DNA of 64,000 bases from Nemertoderma westbladi (taxonomy: Eukaryota > Animalia > Xenacoelomorpha). The notes beneath the pieces are model-generated. The model saw only the letters and a list, made by a program, of their open reading frames with translations. It ran no database searches and was not told the DNA's origin. Positions 43,261 to 57,624 of the stretch are shown piece after piece (the stretch's first letter is position 1; every line of letters begins with the position of its first letter). A program made the position numbers and the translations under genes. The stretch lies in the NCBI GenBank assembly GCA_032718475.1, contig JAUCBJ010006899.1:1-64000 (forward strand), in the 5' to 3' direction.

Positions 43261-44770
43261 AATATTATTATTTATATTTATTTATTCAATATTTATAATA
43301 AGTATTGCGCTTGGATTGACTAGGATTGCGCTTGATTTTGCTTTTTTACCTTGCGAAAAATAAGAAAAATTAGAAAATGTGAAAATATTTTTGTATTGAA
43401 ATAGCATCGAATTAGAAAAGATTTGCATGTAATTTGAGCAAAATCCATACACACACTCAAAAGTTATTACAACTTTAGTGGCTGCATGGCATATACCAAA
43501 TCAGAACTCAATATCCAATATTGGTTTATGTAGTAATGAGGCTGTCTACAGTATTTACATAATGGCCCGTATGCATAAAACACTTACGACGATCGTACTG
43601 TAACTTTACGATGATCGTAAATATAATTGGTATGCATAAACATTTCCGATAATTGTGACTTTGTGATGATCGTAACTTTACGATTGCTAATACCTGCCCG
43701 TAAAAGTTACGATAGGGATTGCTATCAGCTGAGATTAACAGGTTGCCAGGCAACTTGCCAAAACAATACTGTTTAATGTGGGTATACTGTAGCTGCTTTG
43801 TTATGTTTACGTTACCGGTATGGACACACAATTCTGCATCAGCTACAGTATATTGGCGAGCGACTTAGTGAGTACTGCCATAATGGTTTTACTTATAAGT
43901 ATTCGCACATGCTAAAATGTGGAAACAGCTGGAAATACCTAGGAACACCTGTTTACCTGTACCTGTAACGTGCATTTTTTTAAAACATGTTTGACAACAA
44001 AGGGTAAATTACTAGGTAGGCCCTACAATGATAATTTGTTAACAAACTGCACAACTCCCCCCCCCCCCCCCCCACCCACATTTTTCTAGAAATCGTAATG
44101 AAACTGTATGAAATTTGAAACAGAGATAGTAGTTGAGTTTGAATTTTTATCTTCGCTACAAGCGTTAGAAAAACGTACTGTATCTCCTTCGATATTGCAC
44201 CAGTTACAGCACAGTTATTCTTCGACCTTCTAGTAATTACTGTAGTTAGTAGGCCATACGACAGCTGACCTTGCAAGGATTCCAAATATGTATAATCATT
44301 TGAATTTGGTTGGAAAATGGCTGAGCCATGGGTATTCGAATGTTGTATGGAACATATGTACTGTCTGGCCATAATGTCTGACCACAGAAAATGAAAGCAT
44401 TGCAAATCCGACTAGCCCGTTTCCGACTCGTTTCCCCTATAATACAAGTGTGCATGGCGTTAAAATACTTTGCATCTTTTTGAATATTTCGCAACTTCAA
44501 AATTGTAATACAAATGCAGAAGTTCCAATCAGAGGTTGGATGGAAGAGTGAGCGGTGAATTGTAGCGAATCATGATGGTCCCATGTTCGAAACCGGTTGA
44601 ATATTTGACTTTATACACAAGTATGAAAATCGAGGAAACCGTGAAAGTGTGTGGTTCAACAGTCAGATAGTAACACAGTAACAGTCTGTCGTGCTGATTT
44701 ACCGGTTGTATTGGTTTTTTCAAACTATTTTGGATTTGTTGTTTCTACCTACATCCAACATATTTTGCAC

Positions 44771-45547
44771 ATGGAACCTACCAAAAGGAAAAAGAACTTT
44801 CCACCACTTCACTCATCATCACCGCTTCCCGGAGCAAGTATGGTTAGCCTTAGCGGTAGGCCTGCCGGTACCGGTACAACCGCTAAACGCACCAGTCTTC
44901 CATTAGGCCTAAAGCGAACCACTTCAGGCCCAGGATCAGGCTCTAAACAACAACAACGTGAAGCTAAGTCTACCAACTTCTCAATGTTCCTACCATGCGA
45001 TGACTGCCCTGCTTTGTTCTCAAACCCAGTCGAGTTGGAACAACACCGGAACGTATCCCATGCAAAGGACGATGATGACAGCGAAATTGAACTGGTTTCA
45101 GTGGATTCAGAAACCTCTTGCAGCCAATGCCGCCTATGCCACCGCAATGGTTCGGAATTTAAGGACCAATGGGTTGGCTGCTGGGGTGGATATGATTTTT
45201 GGATCTGTTGCGACTGTGCATACAAAGAACTTCCCTTTCACTTCACTTTCCTATCGAAATTCTCTGAGGTTCAGCGATGGGATGGTTCCGCTATCGGTGC
45301 GGATATACGTATACGGCCGGGTCAGTCCCCAGAAACCTGTAAACTGCGACAAGAGCGAGCTCGCGAGGTCTACCAACTCAACAAGGATATAAAAGACTCT
45401 GACGGTGACAAAGCGGTAATCAGTTACAGCACTCGTCTGGATGGGTCCATATGGAAATTCACAAAGCATGAGGACGGTAAATGGAAACAAGACCAAGCTT
45501 GGGAATACAAGGGCCACTCTGGCAAACCCCTTTCTCAGGGAAACTGA
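44771..45547 (+). CDS. CR1 ORF1-like protein with C2H2 finger and PHD-like finger
   Basis: ATG at 44771; CDDCPALFSNPVELEQHRNVSH (C2H2); CRLC...WVGCWGG.D.WICCDC (PHD-like); IRIRPGQS..CKLRQE resembles a CR1 ORF1 C-terminus. Confidence 0.65.
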   Translation: MEPTKRKKNFPPLHSSSPLPGASMVSLSGRPAGTGTTAKRTSLPLGLKRTTSGPGSGSKQQQREAKSTNFSMFLPCDDCPALFSNPVELEQHRNVSHAKDDDDSEIELVSVDSETSCSQCRLCHRNGSEFKDQWVGCWGGYDFWICCDCAYKELPFHFTFLSKFSEVQRWDGSAIGADIRIRPGQSPETCKLRQERAREVYQLNKDIKDSDGDKAVISYSTRLDGSIWKFTKHEDGKWKQDQAWEYKGHSGKPLSQGN

Positions 45548-45619
45548 TAGGAGGAGAGGACCGCAATTCATCCGATCGCGACTGCAGATCGAATCAGCCA
45601 CCTGAAATACCGAAACCTT

Positions 45620-48353
45620 TGCTCAATTGTTGTAGCTTCAATGCCCAATCGATTTGTAATAAACTTCCTGATCTTAATGCGCTACTTTCCATCTGTGACT
45701 TAGACGTTACAGCAAAACGTGGCTCACTGACTCTGTACCCGATGCATTGATTAATGGGGATAACAAATATAGAGTTTTCCGTAAGGATCGTAAGTCACGG
45801 GGTGGGGGATGTGCATTATTGATCAAAAACACTATTAAATGTGTTCCAGTTTCTACATCTAATTATGTAGGTGAATCTGAGATTGTTGCGGTAGACCTTG
45901 TGGGTAACACACCTGTGCGCATGGTCTGTGTTTACCGAGCTCCCAGCTCGACATCAGTTAATGACGAGCTGTTGATTACTGCCCTTTCCGATTTGTGCGA
46001 TGTAAATTTTCCATGTATTTTTGTAGGGGATTTTAATCTTCCTGATTTTGACTGGAAAGAGTTTTTGTACCCAGATCAAATGTTGTACAATAGGTTTGCG
46101 CTTTTTACATTAGAGAATGGTTTATCGCAGCTGCAATTTGAACCCACTAGGGAGTCTAATGTTTTGGATCTTGTTTTCTCATCCGATGACATGGTTGTTT
46201 CCAGTGTAGCCACATTAACTGGTTTTTCCACTAGCGATCATGATTCTGTTACTTTTAATGTTTTAGCACCAGATCAGTACGTAGATGAGTTTAAACATGG
46301 TTACTATGATTTTAAACATGCGAATTATCCTGATTTTACTTATTTTATTGACGGTTTTAATTGGTGCGAACAATTTCAAACGTGCGATACAGTAGACGAC
46401 TTTTGGTGCACTTTAGTTCCTTATTCCCTTTAAGAAATTTAAACCAAATGTGAAAATGCATCCAGCTTTTGTAAACAACCTTCAAAGGAAGAAAAAAAAT
46501 AATTTGGCGCCGTAGACACACACCGAGCAGTATGTTAGAATACAAAAAAGTCGCACTTGCAGCATCACGAGCAGCGTTTAGAGCTGCATGTGTTAAAGAA
46601 AACAAAATTTTATCGTTGGGAAAGCCGGATGCAATTTTTAAGTACGTAAATTCGAAAAGGGTAAACAAGTCTGGTATATCACCGCTAAAATTTGGTGGTA
46701 GTACTGGTGTCGATGATGCTACCAAAGCTCACATATTTTTAACTGTGTTGTCCGAAAATTTTACTGTAGATAATAATGTTGTGCCTGATTTTTCCCGCAG
46801 AGTGCCTCAAGGTGTTAATATTTCTAAGATTGACTTTTCACCTGTTAATGTATATACAATGCTACGTAAGATTTCAGCTAAAGTTAGCAGGACGCCTGAT
46901 GGATTGCCAAGCTTTCTTTTTTCGAAACTTTCATATCTGCGCCCCTGTCTGCTATATTTACCGTTTAGTTCGAAACAAATATGCTTCCATCGATTTGGCT
47001 CACCGCTGACGTCATTCCACTGTTTAAAAAGGGCAATCCATCTGACCCCTACAACTATCGTCCCATTTCATTAACCTGTATAGCTTGCAAGCTAATGGAA
47101 ATGTGTATTAAATATGAATTATCAGCATATTTACTTAGACTTAAACTAATTACAAAAGCACAGCATGGTTTTTTAAAGCGCAAATCCACATGTACTCAAT
47201 TACTTTAATCTGTGAACGAATGGTTTAAATAAATTGACTGCCGTGATGCATTTGATGTAATTTATATTGATTTTGCTAAAGCCTTCGATTCCGTTGTTCA
47301 TACTAAACTTATAGCCAAATTATGTAGTTATGGTATTAGCGGTAATCTTATTGGTTGGTTGAAAGCCTTTCTTTCAAATCGTACTCAACGCGTACTTGTT
47401 GCAAATAATTATTCAAATTATTGTAAAGTGATTTCTGGAACTCCTCAGGGGACGGTTCTGGGGACGTTATTATTTGTGTTGTACATAAATGATTTACCGG
47501 ATACTATACACCAAGTAGAGTGCAAATTATTCGCAGATGACGCTAAACTGTTTGCACCATCTGCTAATCGGACATTTTGAGTTCTGCTTTATCTGGTCTA
47601 GAATGCTGGGCTACAGAATGGCAACTTACTATAGCTGCTCACAAATTTCACGTGCTATATCTTGTTGGTAACAACAACCGTACCCAGTATTGCCTTTACA
47701 ATAAGATTTTTAAAGAAGAAACTTATTGCAAAGACTTAGGTGTCACAATATCAAACAATTTAAAATTTGACAAGTACTGTCGTGAGAAAGTTGCTAAGGC
47801 CTACAAAATTGTGAATATGATTTTCCGCTGTTTTTACACAAAGAATCGACAAGCCATCATGCTTGCTTATAAATCGTACGCATGTCCCTTATTAGAATAT
47901 TGTACTCCTGTATGGTCCCCATTCCTGCTCACGTCTATTGACCTAGTGGAGAGTGTACAGCGGTACTTTACACGTAGACTTTACTTACGGTGCAGATTGT
48001 CACGTAATAATTACATCGACCATCTCAACTTTCTTTCTTTGCAACCTTTAGAATTGAGACGTATTATTTTCGACCTCAAAATGGTATTTTCCATTGAGCA
48101 CAATTTAGTCGATCTTAACTTCGATGATTTCTTCCACCGGCCAACCAGACCCGGGCTCAGAGGTCACAATCATAAATTGTTTGTAAATAGAACCAGACTC
48201 AATCAATGTAAACACTATTTTGCTAACCGTGTTGTGCCTATTTGGAACTCGTTGCCTGCTGGTATTGTTGAATCAAACAGTAATACAACTTTTTCGCATC
48301 TCATCACTGATCACAATTTATTGGAGTTTTGTCACTTTGATCGCCATATGTAA
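45620..48353 (+). pseudogene. CR1 ORF2 (APE endonuclease plus reverse transcriptase), disrupted
   Basis: NAQSICNKL, GGGCA, CVYRAP, GDFNLP, LDL, SDH; PLFKKG..NYRPISLT, QHGF, DFAKAFD, GTPQG, LFADD, KDLGV, LEYCTPVWSP, WNSLP. Several stops and frameshifts. Confidence 0.93.
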
Positions 48354-50479
48354 TATTTTAAGTGGTGTGTATTGTTAATATCAATAAATTAGGACTCTGC
48401 GGGGAGTATATGAAGGACTATTATTTTCTAATTTTATTTTTTGTATTTTTACTGTATTTTTTGGTAATTTATAAGATTGTACTATAATGAAACTAATATG
48501 CATAATATTGTATTTAACTGTTTAAAAATCAGTTCAACCTACTGTATGACGTATTCTCCGTATTCTCATACATTTAAATATGATTTACAGTACATAGAAC
48601 ATATATATTATGTAATAACTGTGTAATTTTAATAGATCGTCCCTAAATAGACAGCCTGGGCGGTCTCTCTCCTCAAATCATACTGTGTAGGCCTATTGTT
48701 TTTATTCACTGTTTGTATTTAATTAAAGATGAGTGTGTATTAATTAAAAAATTTAAATTAGGGACTTTCCAAGTAAATGTAGGGGATATATGTTGGTCAG
48801 AGCGCATCAGTCCTCTGTATCTCGAACTGTCCACTGCGTCTCTACAGCTTTAGCATCGAAATCAAACCAGTTCATATTTTTCCATGAGGACAATGACGCT
48901 GTTCTTAATAAGGCTGCTTTTCAATTAAAATCCGGAATTCCTAATATCCTTGATGCGGTTGATTGCACCCATGTCCGTATCCAGCGGCCAACAATAGAAC
49001 CCATATCCTACTACAACAGGAAGGGGTTTCACTCTGTAAATGTCCAAGCAGTGTGTAATGCTAATTACATATTTAGCCATGTCACTGCGAAGTGGCCTGG
49101 TTCAGTACATGATGCAAGGATATTCGCGGAAAGTTCCTTGCCATCAAGTTTGGAGGAATGGCGTCTGTTGGGTATTTTATTAGTTTACAGTGCATTTACC
49201 CTAACGCATTATCTTTTAACGCCATGCAAATCGGCGCTAAATTGCGCACAATGTGCCTTTAATAAAAGGCAGGCACAGACACGGATCGTTATAGAATGTG
49301 CCTTTGGTAAATTGAAAAGACGGTTCCCGTGTTTATCAGCTACAGCCAACACATTCCGACTGAAACTGGACAGGGTGTGCAATATGATTGTGGCTGTATT
49401 CGTCTTGCACAATATAGCCACTCATCGTCAGATACCGTTGCCACTTGGTGAAGATGAAATCCCTGGTGATAACTGTGGTGATGATAATATGTGCGATGGC
49501 GAAGATCAACATCATGACCCCGATACTGCTCCTGGGGTAGACTTGCGGAACCACTTGACCTGATCTAATTATACATATACAATATTTAGAACATTGCTAC
49601 AATTTAATTAAATTTAAAATTAAAATTTTCATTTAATTTCATTTAAGTTTTAGACACATACTGTATATAAAGGCCTAATAGTTAACAGGACCGTACATTA
49701 TGTGCTTGTCAATAAGGTTTTATTTTCATTAGAATAAATTGGTATAAGTAAAGGAAACATTAGATTTATTTAAAAGCTTATCACAATAGACTTCCGACTT
49801 TCTTTCGAACTAATTCCCTCCCTATTAACCAGCCAGTATCTTCTTCCTAGAAATATACCCAGGACAGGCGGGGACAATCGTATACAAACTATTTTCTTCT
49901 ATATTTTTATACAACCATGACCTCTACTACATTATAGTATCTAGGTCATGATACAGGACAACCATCATTTCTACATCTTGTATAATTTATCTAGCATTTG
50001 GAAGGCCTAGTATTTAAAGCCAACTCCTGCAAACAAAATGAAAATAATAAAGTGTTACTAATTCGATTAGTAAATAAGATTATATTTAAGATATCAGATT
50101 ATACAGTATTTATGATTAGTATATATTATATATACTGTATATATCTACAGTATGTCGCGAATGCAATGACTGGGATCTAAGTGCAATATATGGGCAATTG
50201 TGTACAGACATAGTATCTAGATATGTACCTACCGTACTGCCTAATATAATAATGTAGCATACTGACTGACTGATTGAATTACCGTATGTGCTGATAATAC
50301 TGCTGTACTTCAGATTGATGATATTGATAAATATATATATTAAACTGTTTAGCGATAAATGATACTTTATTCTATTCCACTTATATTCGCTACACAGTAT
50401 ATATTTACTACAAATTCCTATTATAGCACATAGTAGGAAAAATAATAATAATTTTTCTAAATAAATAGGAAAGTAATAA

Positions 50480-50720
50480 AAATCGCCACACGTCCAGGTC
50501 TCACAACCATATAAAATTGAAGAGACTGCGAAAGCACGAAAAACATGCAGGTTAAGCCACAATGGATAGAGTCTGTGATTAACTAAAAAGCTAAGAATAT
50601 AGAGACATGTTTGGTCTTCTCACTTGCATGAGATTTAATTGCACCCTTTAGACATCAATTGCACAATCGGGGATCCAAAATATATATTGACCATGACAAA
50701 AAACCGTCAGGAGTAAAATA
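50480..50720 (-). mobile_element. Small RTE-like LINE RT fragment
   Basis: Minus strand shows YFGSPI and VFRAFAVSSILYGCETWT. Confidence 0.45.
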
Positions 50721-51129
50721 TTTCAATAACCCAATTATACACCTATATAACATATACGACTACACAGTATTACACATGAATGTATTACATACAGTATGTA
50801 CAAAATACTGTACTGTAGCACAAAAATACGGAATCCAAATAACGTAAATTAAATATATAAATTTGATCGATTAGAAACGAAGTAAATTAATTATAAATTA
50901 AATTAAAATGCATAAATTTGTATCTACTCAAATAATAGTACAGTATCATGTCTGACGATGTTTACAATAAAGGTCGCCTAAGGCCTACTACTGCACTGTA
51001 TACTCTCATGGACGAACATACTCTATGTACCTTTAACTTACAACACAAATACAACAAACTGTGTTGTACAGTAAAAAATACTGCTGTAAAAGTACTGGTT
51101 GGTTATACTGTACTGCGTAGGCCTACTGA

Positions 51130-51861
51130 GTGACTGCAATACAGAGTTGCGAATTTCTGAGTTTTTTTACTTCTTAGAATCTCAAGTTTCTCCCTGGCAA
51201 TTGCCGTCTTAACTTTAATAAGTTCAGTCTCTGCGAGATGTTTATCCCTCTCCGCCAATAAGGCGATCAATATCAGCTTTCGTCACAGCCTTACAGGTAG
51301 CGGCACTAATGGCCTTTGAAGGTCGAGTTGGGACGATTGAGATTGATGGCTGAATAATTTTAGGAGCACTATCGCTATCATTAACTATTATAGACGTCTA
51401 GGTCTGCGATGTTTCTCCTGACTCCTTCTCAACTATTTATATTAATTCATCAATGTCGTCGGTGCTGCGTGACTGACGTTGTCGTTGATCATAGGTTGAA
51501 CAAGCACCCGGTATACCTTCTACCACAACCGTCGGCAAGATGTCGTGTATAATCAATCTTACCCAACACGGAAGATCGGCGACCGTACCCCCGCCGCTCT
51601 AGTTTTTTAGTTTATCATGATCTTGTTTGATAGCCTTCGCACTATAAACAAGGTCATTGTATCGGGTACGAGTTGATTTATAATTAGTGAATGTACTGGC
51701 GGAGATGGCGTTTACTGTAATCGTTATATCCTCCCTGATTTTCTTGTGAATTAAAGACTTTTTGGGGTCTTGGAGGTCGGACTTTTTCTCCTTTATTAGA
51801 TTGAGAAAAAATATACTAGTTTTTGCATCTAAATTTCGTTTTCATTTTTTCTTGTCGCCAT
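51130..51861 (-). pseudogene. Harbinger Myb/SANT-like DNA-binding partner ORF, decayed
   Basis: ATG at 51861; FFLNLIKEKK..KKIREDITITVNAIS..RTRYNDLVYSAK...SGGG, followed by a low-complexity region and a coiled-coil end (ETELIKVKTAIAREKLEIL). Convergent with the transposase. Confidence 0.7.
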
Positions 51862-52460
51862 CTTTATAAGGATGTGAAAAAGCCATGCTGTACAGTGTAC
51901 TGTAGTCTACTCAATACTGTTAATGTTTGCAAAATGTTCGTACTTTAGTTGTTTTAGGCTACATACAGTACATAGAGCATGAGCGGATCCAGAATTTCGG
52001 GAATGAATGTTTTTATAAAACTTGTGACAAATATATGATAAAACAAATTGCGATATAAAATGTGAAATTTGTATTTCGTCGGGATCCTGAAGATAATTTA
52101 ATTGAAAAATTTCACCAATACTCAATATCAATAAATACATTATTTTGTACTAGTTTGTCCTCCATGACTCGTGATTTTATACTGTACACCTACGATAGGC
52201 CTACTTATAATTCAGCCATTTAATTAACATTAATTAACCTACCTGTCCAACGGCTATTTTGATATGCAAAGGCCTCTTAACTTGAATTATTCCAAAGTAT
52301 TAATTGAAACCAGGGGCTTTCAGTGTTCTGTATACTACAGTAGTTCGCCATATCGACACCCCTGATCATTTTGTTTTACTGTACTATGCATCTTATCTAT
52401 CTCCTACTTTGAAGTGGAAATACTGCCGATATTGATCTTAGTTAGGCTTAAATATGATAA

Positions 52461-52948
52461 ATTTTAGGTAGCTAGTATTTTTTCTAGCTAGTAAATTTTT
52501 ACTAGCTAATTAAAAAAAACGTTAGTTTTTATTCAAAATTTTATTTAGCTTGGTTTACATTAGTACAGTACTTCTTAGCAATCTGTCCTATTATATTTTT
52601 GAATACTAACTTTGCCTTAGTATAGCCCCCGGAACCGAAATTCCGCAGCTAGTAGGTCCGGCCGCGTTCCGTTCTACTTCCTAATATTTTTTACTTCAGA
52701 TATTTCCATTGTCTTTCAATGTGTGTGATATCCTTCCGCATTAACTAAATATCTGCAATGGTTAACTCTTTGATGGTGGTACCCATCCCCTGATCCATTG
52801 GCAGACCATTTTCCTAAAATTATTTCACAATGTGATGCTCATTATATATGCCTTCCACTCATAAAAACTACTAAAATTTTTGTATAAATTTTTTTTATAG
52901 CTAGTAAAATTTTACTAAATGCTAGCAAAAACAATAGCTACCTAAAAT
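52461..52948. mobile_element. MITE-like element with ~60-bp imperfect terminal inverted repeats
   Basis: ATTTTAGGTAGCTAGTATTTTTTCTAGCTAGTAAATTTTTACTAGCTA is mirrored by TAGCTAGTAAAATTTTACTA...TAGCTACCTAAAAT. TSD not resolved. Confidence 0.5.
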
Positions 52949-54759
52949 CACAGTACTCCGATTGAATTAGGCCTACAGTAAGATAACTAGGCCTACTGGC
53001 TAGTATTGCCACTTTAAAAATTATTTAAAAAACCTTAGTAAAAAAAATTGGTCGACACTCGACATGACGAGCTACTGTAGTACCCCGTATAATTTAAAAC
53101 AGGACAAATGAACACCAGTTACAACTGGAATTCCGGAATACCTACGGTACCGGTACTTCATACTATTAAAATTAATGTATTTTGTATGTTTTTAATTGTT
53201 TTAATAATTTAGCTAGTATTTGCATTGCACCTATTGTAGCTAATACTGTTGTTTTGTTTTAGCCTAACATTTCTAGTGGTATTGAACTTAAACTTATAGC
53301 TAAATTGACATTAAAATATCTTGACAAAACAATAAAAGTTACAATAAAATAAAATTTTTTTTTTCTTATTTTATTAAATACCGGTAGCTATTAATTTGAA
53401 AATTACATAGCTACCACTTTTTTTTGCTACCACTTAAATCGTTATTTTCCTCTGCCGCCACCACCACCACCACCCCCCCCCCCCCGCCTTCCACCACCAC
53501 CTTTACGCTTTATATACTGTACAGAACATTTGTTGCTATTGTTGCTTGTGCAAGATAAAACTCTTACTCCGACTCGAGCGCAAGATCTTTCCGAAACCAC
53601 AGTCATGATCTGAAGCCTATGGGGTCGTTGCCTGGTCAGAGTATGTTATATTTATATTATATAACATTTATTATTTATATTTATATATTATTTATATATT
53701 TATTTAATATATATTTCCTTTCGTTGCAGTCAAATCTGGAATATCATATCAGACTATTTATTTCGTAACGTACAACGTAACAATATATGCCGATGTTCCG
53801 AAGCCGATGTTCTTTAGGCCGATGTTTACAATAAGAGGTAAGTAACATTATCTCTATAGAATACTTCATCATCTACTATAGTACATCCCTACACCACGTA
53901 CTGTATAGTAGATACCACAAACAAACAGTTCTAACACATATATCTAAGCTATGCAACATGTACGTTATTAATCTATGTAGCTATTTATCTATCGTCTGTG
54001 CAATAGGCAATTAATATAGTTTATCTTCACATTTTTACTACTACTGACTACTATACTACTATTCCCTACTGCAGGTCGAGGGAACTCGGACACTTATTTC
54101 GGGACATACAGTAGCAGGTAGTGGATCCATCACTAGGAAGGGAATAAATTTAATTGTTAAGATTTAAATGTTATTTGCTGGATCCGTCCATACAGTACAA
54201 AGTAGCAAACAACCGGAGTGCGAGCTAAGTGCAGATAGAGGATTCATTAAACTGATAGCAATCACGATATATAGCTACTGATACCTGTAACGACACGTCA
54301 CTGTATAAGCCTGTACCTGTATGCCTAGTATGAATTATGTACAGTAAATAAGATGAATGTTTACTTGTTGCCTGGCAACATTTACGATGGTCGTAACTTA
54401 TTGTATCGTATCTGCGATTAATCGTAAGTTACTTTATGCATACCAAAATACGATCGTCGTTCTTATGATCATCGTAACTCAAGTTACGATCGGAAAAAAG
54501 ATACGATCATCGTAAAGTTACGATCGCTTTATGCATACGGGCCAATATATATTTTAAGTTCATGTGCACATATATTGATACACTTAAAAACAAAAAGATA
54601 TAGGATAACTGTGCCGATTGCCAGTTCACAATGTCGCGCCATTCCTTAATTAAGTTAGGTCCATGTAAGCAGTTTTACCAGCAGAAGTATATTATGCCAA
54701 TACTTTCGGAAAGCGACTAGAAGTGCCGATTGTCAGGAATCCATTTTGGAATCCCCAGT

Positions 54760-55850
54760 TATTCAAAGGACAACATATAAAACAAATAGTCAGCAAGATC
54801 GGCAACATATAGTGGAGTGTGCTTTCATGGTGACGACTGGGTGTGGGCATCCCTCGCTCACACCTTAGATGTTACTTATATAACAGCATACACATGGGTC
54901 CGCACTGGGGAGGCCGAGATGAAAACACCTGGCAGTATGAAGCCAAAAAAGGTCACAGAAAGGAAGATTGATATCATCATTGCATGATTGGATGATTCCT
55001 CCATAACAATGGAGAGATTCAATGAAGGCTGATGCAACAATTCAATGTAGGTGTCAGCCTCACAACCATTGTCAACTATTTGGAAGGTTGGGTTTACTCT
55101 CTCAAAAATACATATCATAGGCCTGTCACAATGGACACTGATATAAACTTTAAACTTTATCAGAAACAGCACGAAGGTTGCATGGATTGACGAAACAAAT
55201 TTTAACTTATTTTGCTGTCGCTCTCAGCAAGGACGGTCCATAGTTGGGTCGAGCGCAGTCCAGACACTTCCAGCATTGTGTGGTAAAAATCGACACCAGT
55301 TGGCTTCACCAGATGGATTGACCAGATGATTTCAGCCACAGGTGGAGTACTAAAGTTCACCAGGAGTAATGGAAGTTTTTCTAATTAATTGCAACCATAT
55401 TACCATATCCATAGAACATGCTGTTGCAACAACATTGACAACAATCCTATAGTGCCAACCTTCTCCTAAAGAAACGGCAAACAAATGGGTGCTAGAATTA
55501 TTTCAAGAATGGGAAATCAGCTGGTAGATTTACTGGTTGTGTCTGATAACACCCTTTGTCAGGCAGGTTTAGAGGCATTATTAGAAAGTAGCCAGCCAGG
55601 CAGAGTTCCGAAGTCCTTCCTTTGGTCCAAAGTAAAGAGTTACTTGAAAGTCAACATTGTTATTCCACCGACTTCTGCCTCCAGCACTTTAGTCGAACAG
55701 AGACTCAAATATTTGGAGGGAGTAGTGGGTGCTGCATAAGTGCATAATCGACTATTGTTGGCGGTGATTGCACAAACACGGGCTACGCAGCAAAGGACAA
55801 CTTTTCATGTCAACATTATGAACTTAGAGGACGTCCACGTCAGTCATTAA
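54760..55850 (+). pseudogene. Tc1/IS630-like (DDE_3) transposase relic
   Basis: GVSLTTIVNYLEGWVYSLK; WIDETNFNLFCCRS..GRS..G...P...GKN; LLVVSDN; WSKVKSYLK. Heavily disrupted. Confidence 0.65.
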
Positions 55851-57624
55851 ATGCACTATGAAAGGATTATAATAATCCTGTGTAATCTATTGATAGTCCA
55901 CGCTTTGAGGCCACCTTGATTGTCTTTCCCCGAAGTTAAAATAAGCAGCAGCTGTGATACCGTACTGAATTGTAGTATATCGTAATCATCAAACACTAGG
56001 CCTAGCCCATAACTAATTATATTAGCATTGTGTGATTTGGTTTGTGCATAAGAAGACATATAAAGCTGTAGTGAATAGTGACATATCCCGACTGCTTTTT
56101 TGTAGGTCAGTAACCAATACCTTGCCAAAGTAGATAACACATAATATAGTAGATAATATGATATCTTTAGTTTTTGTTTTTGTAATACAGTAGTATTAGT
56201 TTTTAGTATTAGTTTTTGTTGTATATAAATTTATGTGATGTGATTCATTTATAGCACAATAGTACAGTAAGGTACAGTAAAGTACAGTACAGTATACTGA
56301 ACTTTCATTGTGGTTCTTCCACACTGTTCGTTCAGTGTGATATCGGTGTATTATAACGAAATGGTTTTTCTTCTCGGATAATAATAATATCCGTTACCAG
56401 TGTTCACTGTAATTAGTGTCTCTGTGTTTGTACCCCAGTAAATTTAGGATGGGGGGGGGTGTGTTCTACAATATCGTACCTTGACAGCGAGGGAGAGGGG
56501 GTTATAAAATAGTGTGGTCAATACTATACATTGTACTGGGTTTAAATATTATCTTTCCAGGGTAGGGTACACATGGTATCGTTGGATTGATAATTAAATA
56601 ATCCACATGAACCAGTTCATATGGGTTATAAATTCTACTAAGAAAACACAAATATCGTGTTTACAGTATGTCCTGGAATAAAAAGCTGACCAAGCATGGA
56701 TATCAACTATATGTCACCTGAATTTTGTTGAAAAATAATTATTATTGTTATGTAAATACTTAAATTGTTATGTTTTCACATAATTTATTTATATATTTAA
56801 TTACTTATTTATTTTATTATTAATTCCTATAATTTGGGCTATGTTTATATTTTTCAATTTATCTATCATGCAAAGACAGCAATAAAACAATTGCATGGCC
56901 TTTTCCCATATGGTGATGTAGGGATTATTTTTATTGTTACCCAATGTGCACTGACAGTTGGTATTGATTACTTTTATAGAGTGCATTTTGATGTATCTGT
57001 TAAGTGCTTCAGTGAATAACATAAATACATAGCTTTGAATAGAGCGAATAAATATTAAAATAATTCAATGAAACAGTGAATAACATAAATAAATGCATTG
57101 TCAAGCCTAGTCTTTTAGCCTTTCCCTCCATTTTTAAAAACTATCTGGCTAACAAAGAATAATTTCATAGAATATTATCACTGAGACATCCCATTTGAAA
57201 TTAATTAAATGAAATAATTTTTAATTATGAAATATCAAATAATTTTTAATTTGAAATAATTAATTTCAATAAATAAATTTATTTATTTAGATGAAATAGA
57301 AAACATAAATATAGCATATATTAATTAACCCATGAGGAAACAAATGTTTGACACTTCGTGCAATCAAAATTAACCTTATTTTTTACATACTCTTGTTTTT
57401 AAGATCGATCAACCTGTCACTACATGCATCCTGTTCCTTTCCTTCAATTTATTATGAACATTGTTAGTTAACCGAAATGGGATGTTATTTAGCTGTGAGT
57501 GTAATCCCACCTGTGAATTTTGTTGTCCCACATAGTGGATCAAATAATTATTTGTTATAATTAAGTTATAAACGATAACATACAATTATTATTTATTTAT
57601 TATTTATATATATTATATATCAAT

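Larger units (their letters stand above)
44478..48760 (+). mobile_element. Near-full-length decayed CR1-group LINE
   Basis: ORF1 followed by ORF2 and an AT-rich 3' UTR. Extent is defined by the interruption of the Harbinger transposase; no clear TSD. Confidence 0.85.
44360..49563 (+). pseudogene. Harbinger (HARBI1-like, DDE_Tnp_4) transposase split by a CR1 LINE
   Basis: PIIQVCMALKYFAS (to ~44477) rejoins GTFQVNVGD (from 48761); then DAVDCTHVRI, YYNRKGFHSVNVQAVC, WPGSVHDARIF, TRIVIECAFGKLKRRF, VLHN. Confidence 0.88.
43564..54543. mobile_element. PIF/Harbinger DNA transposon (two convergent ORFs) with nested insertions
   Basis: 16-bp TIR GGCCCGTATGCATAAA / TTTATGCATACGGGCC, 3-bp TSD AAT, subterminal ACGATCGT-type repeats at both ends; contains transposase and Myb/SANT ORFs. 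Confidence 0.9.
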
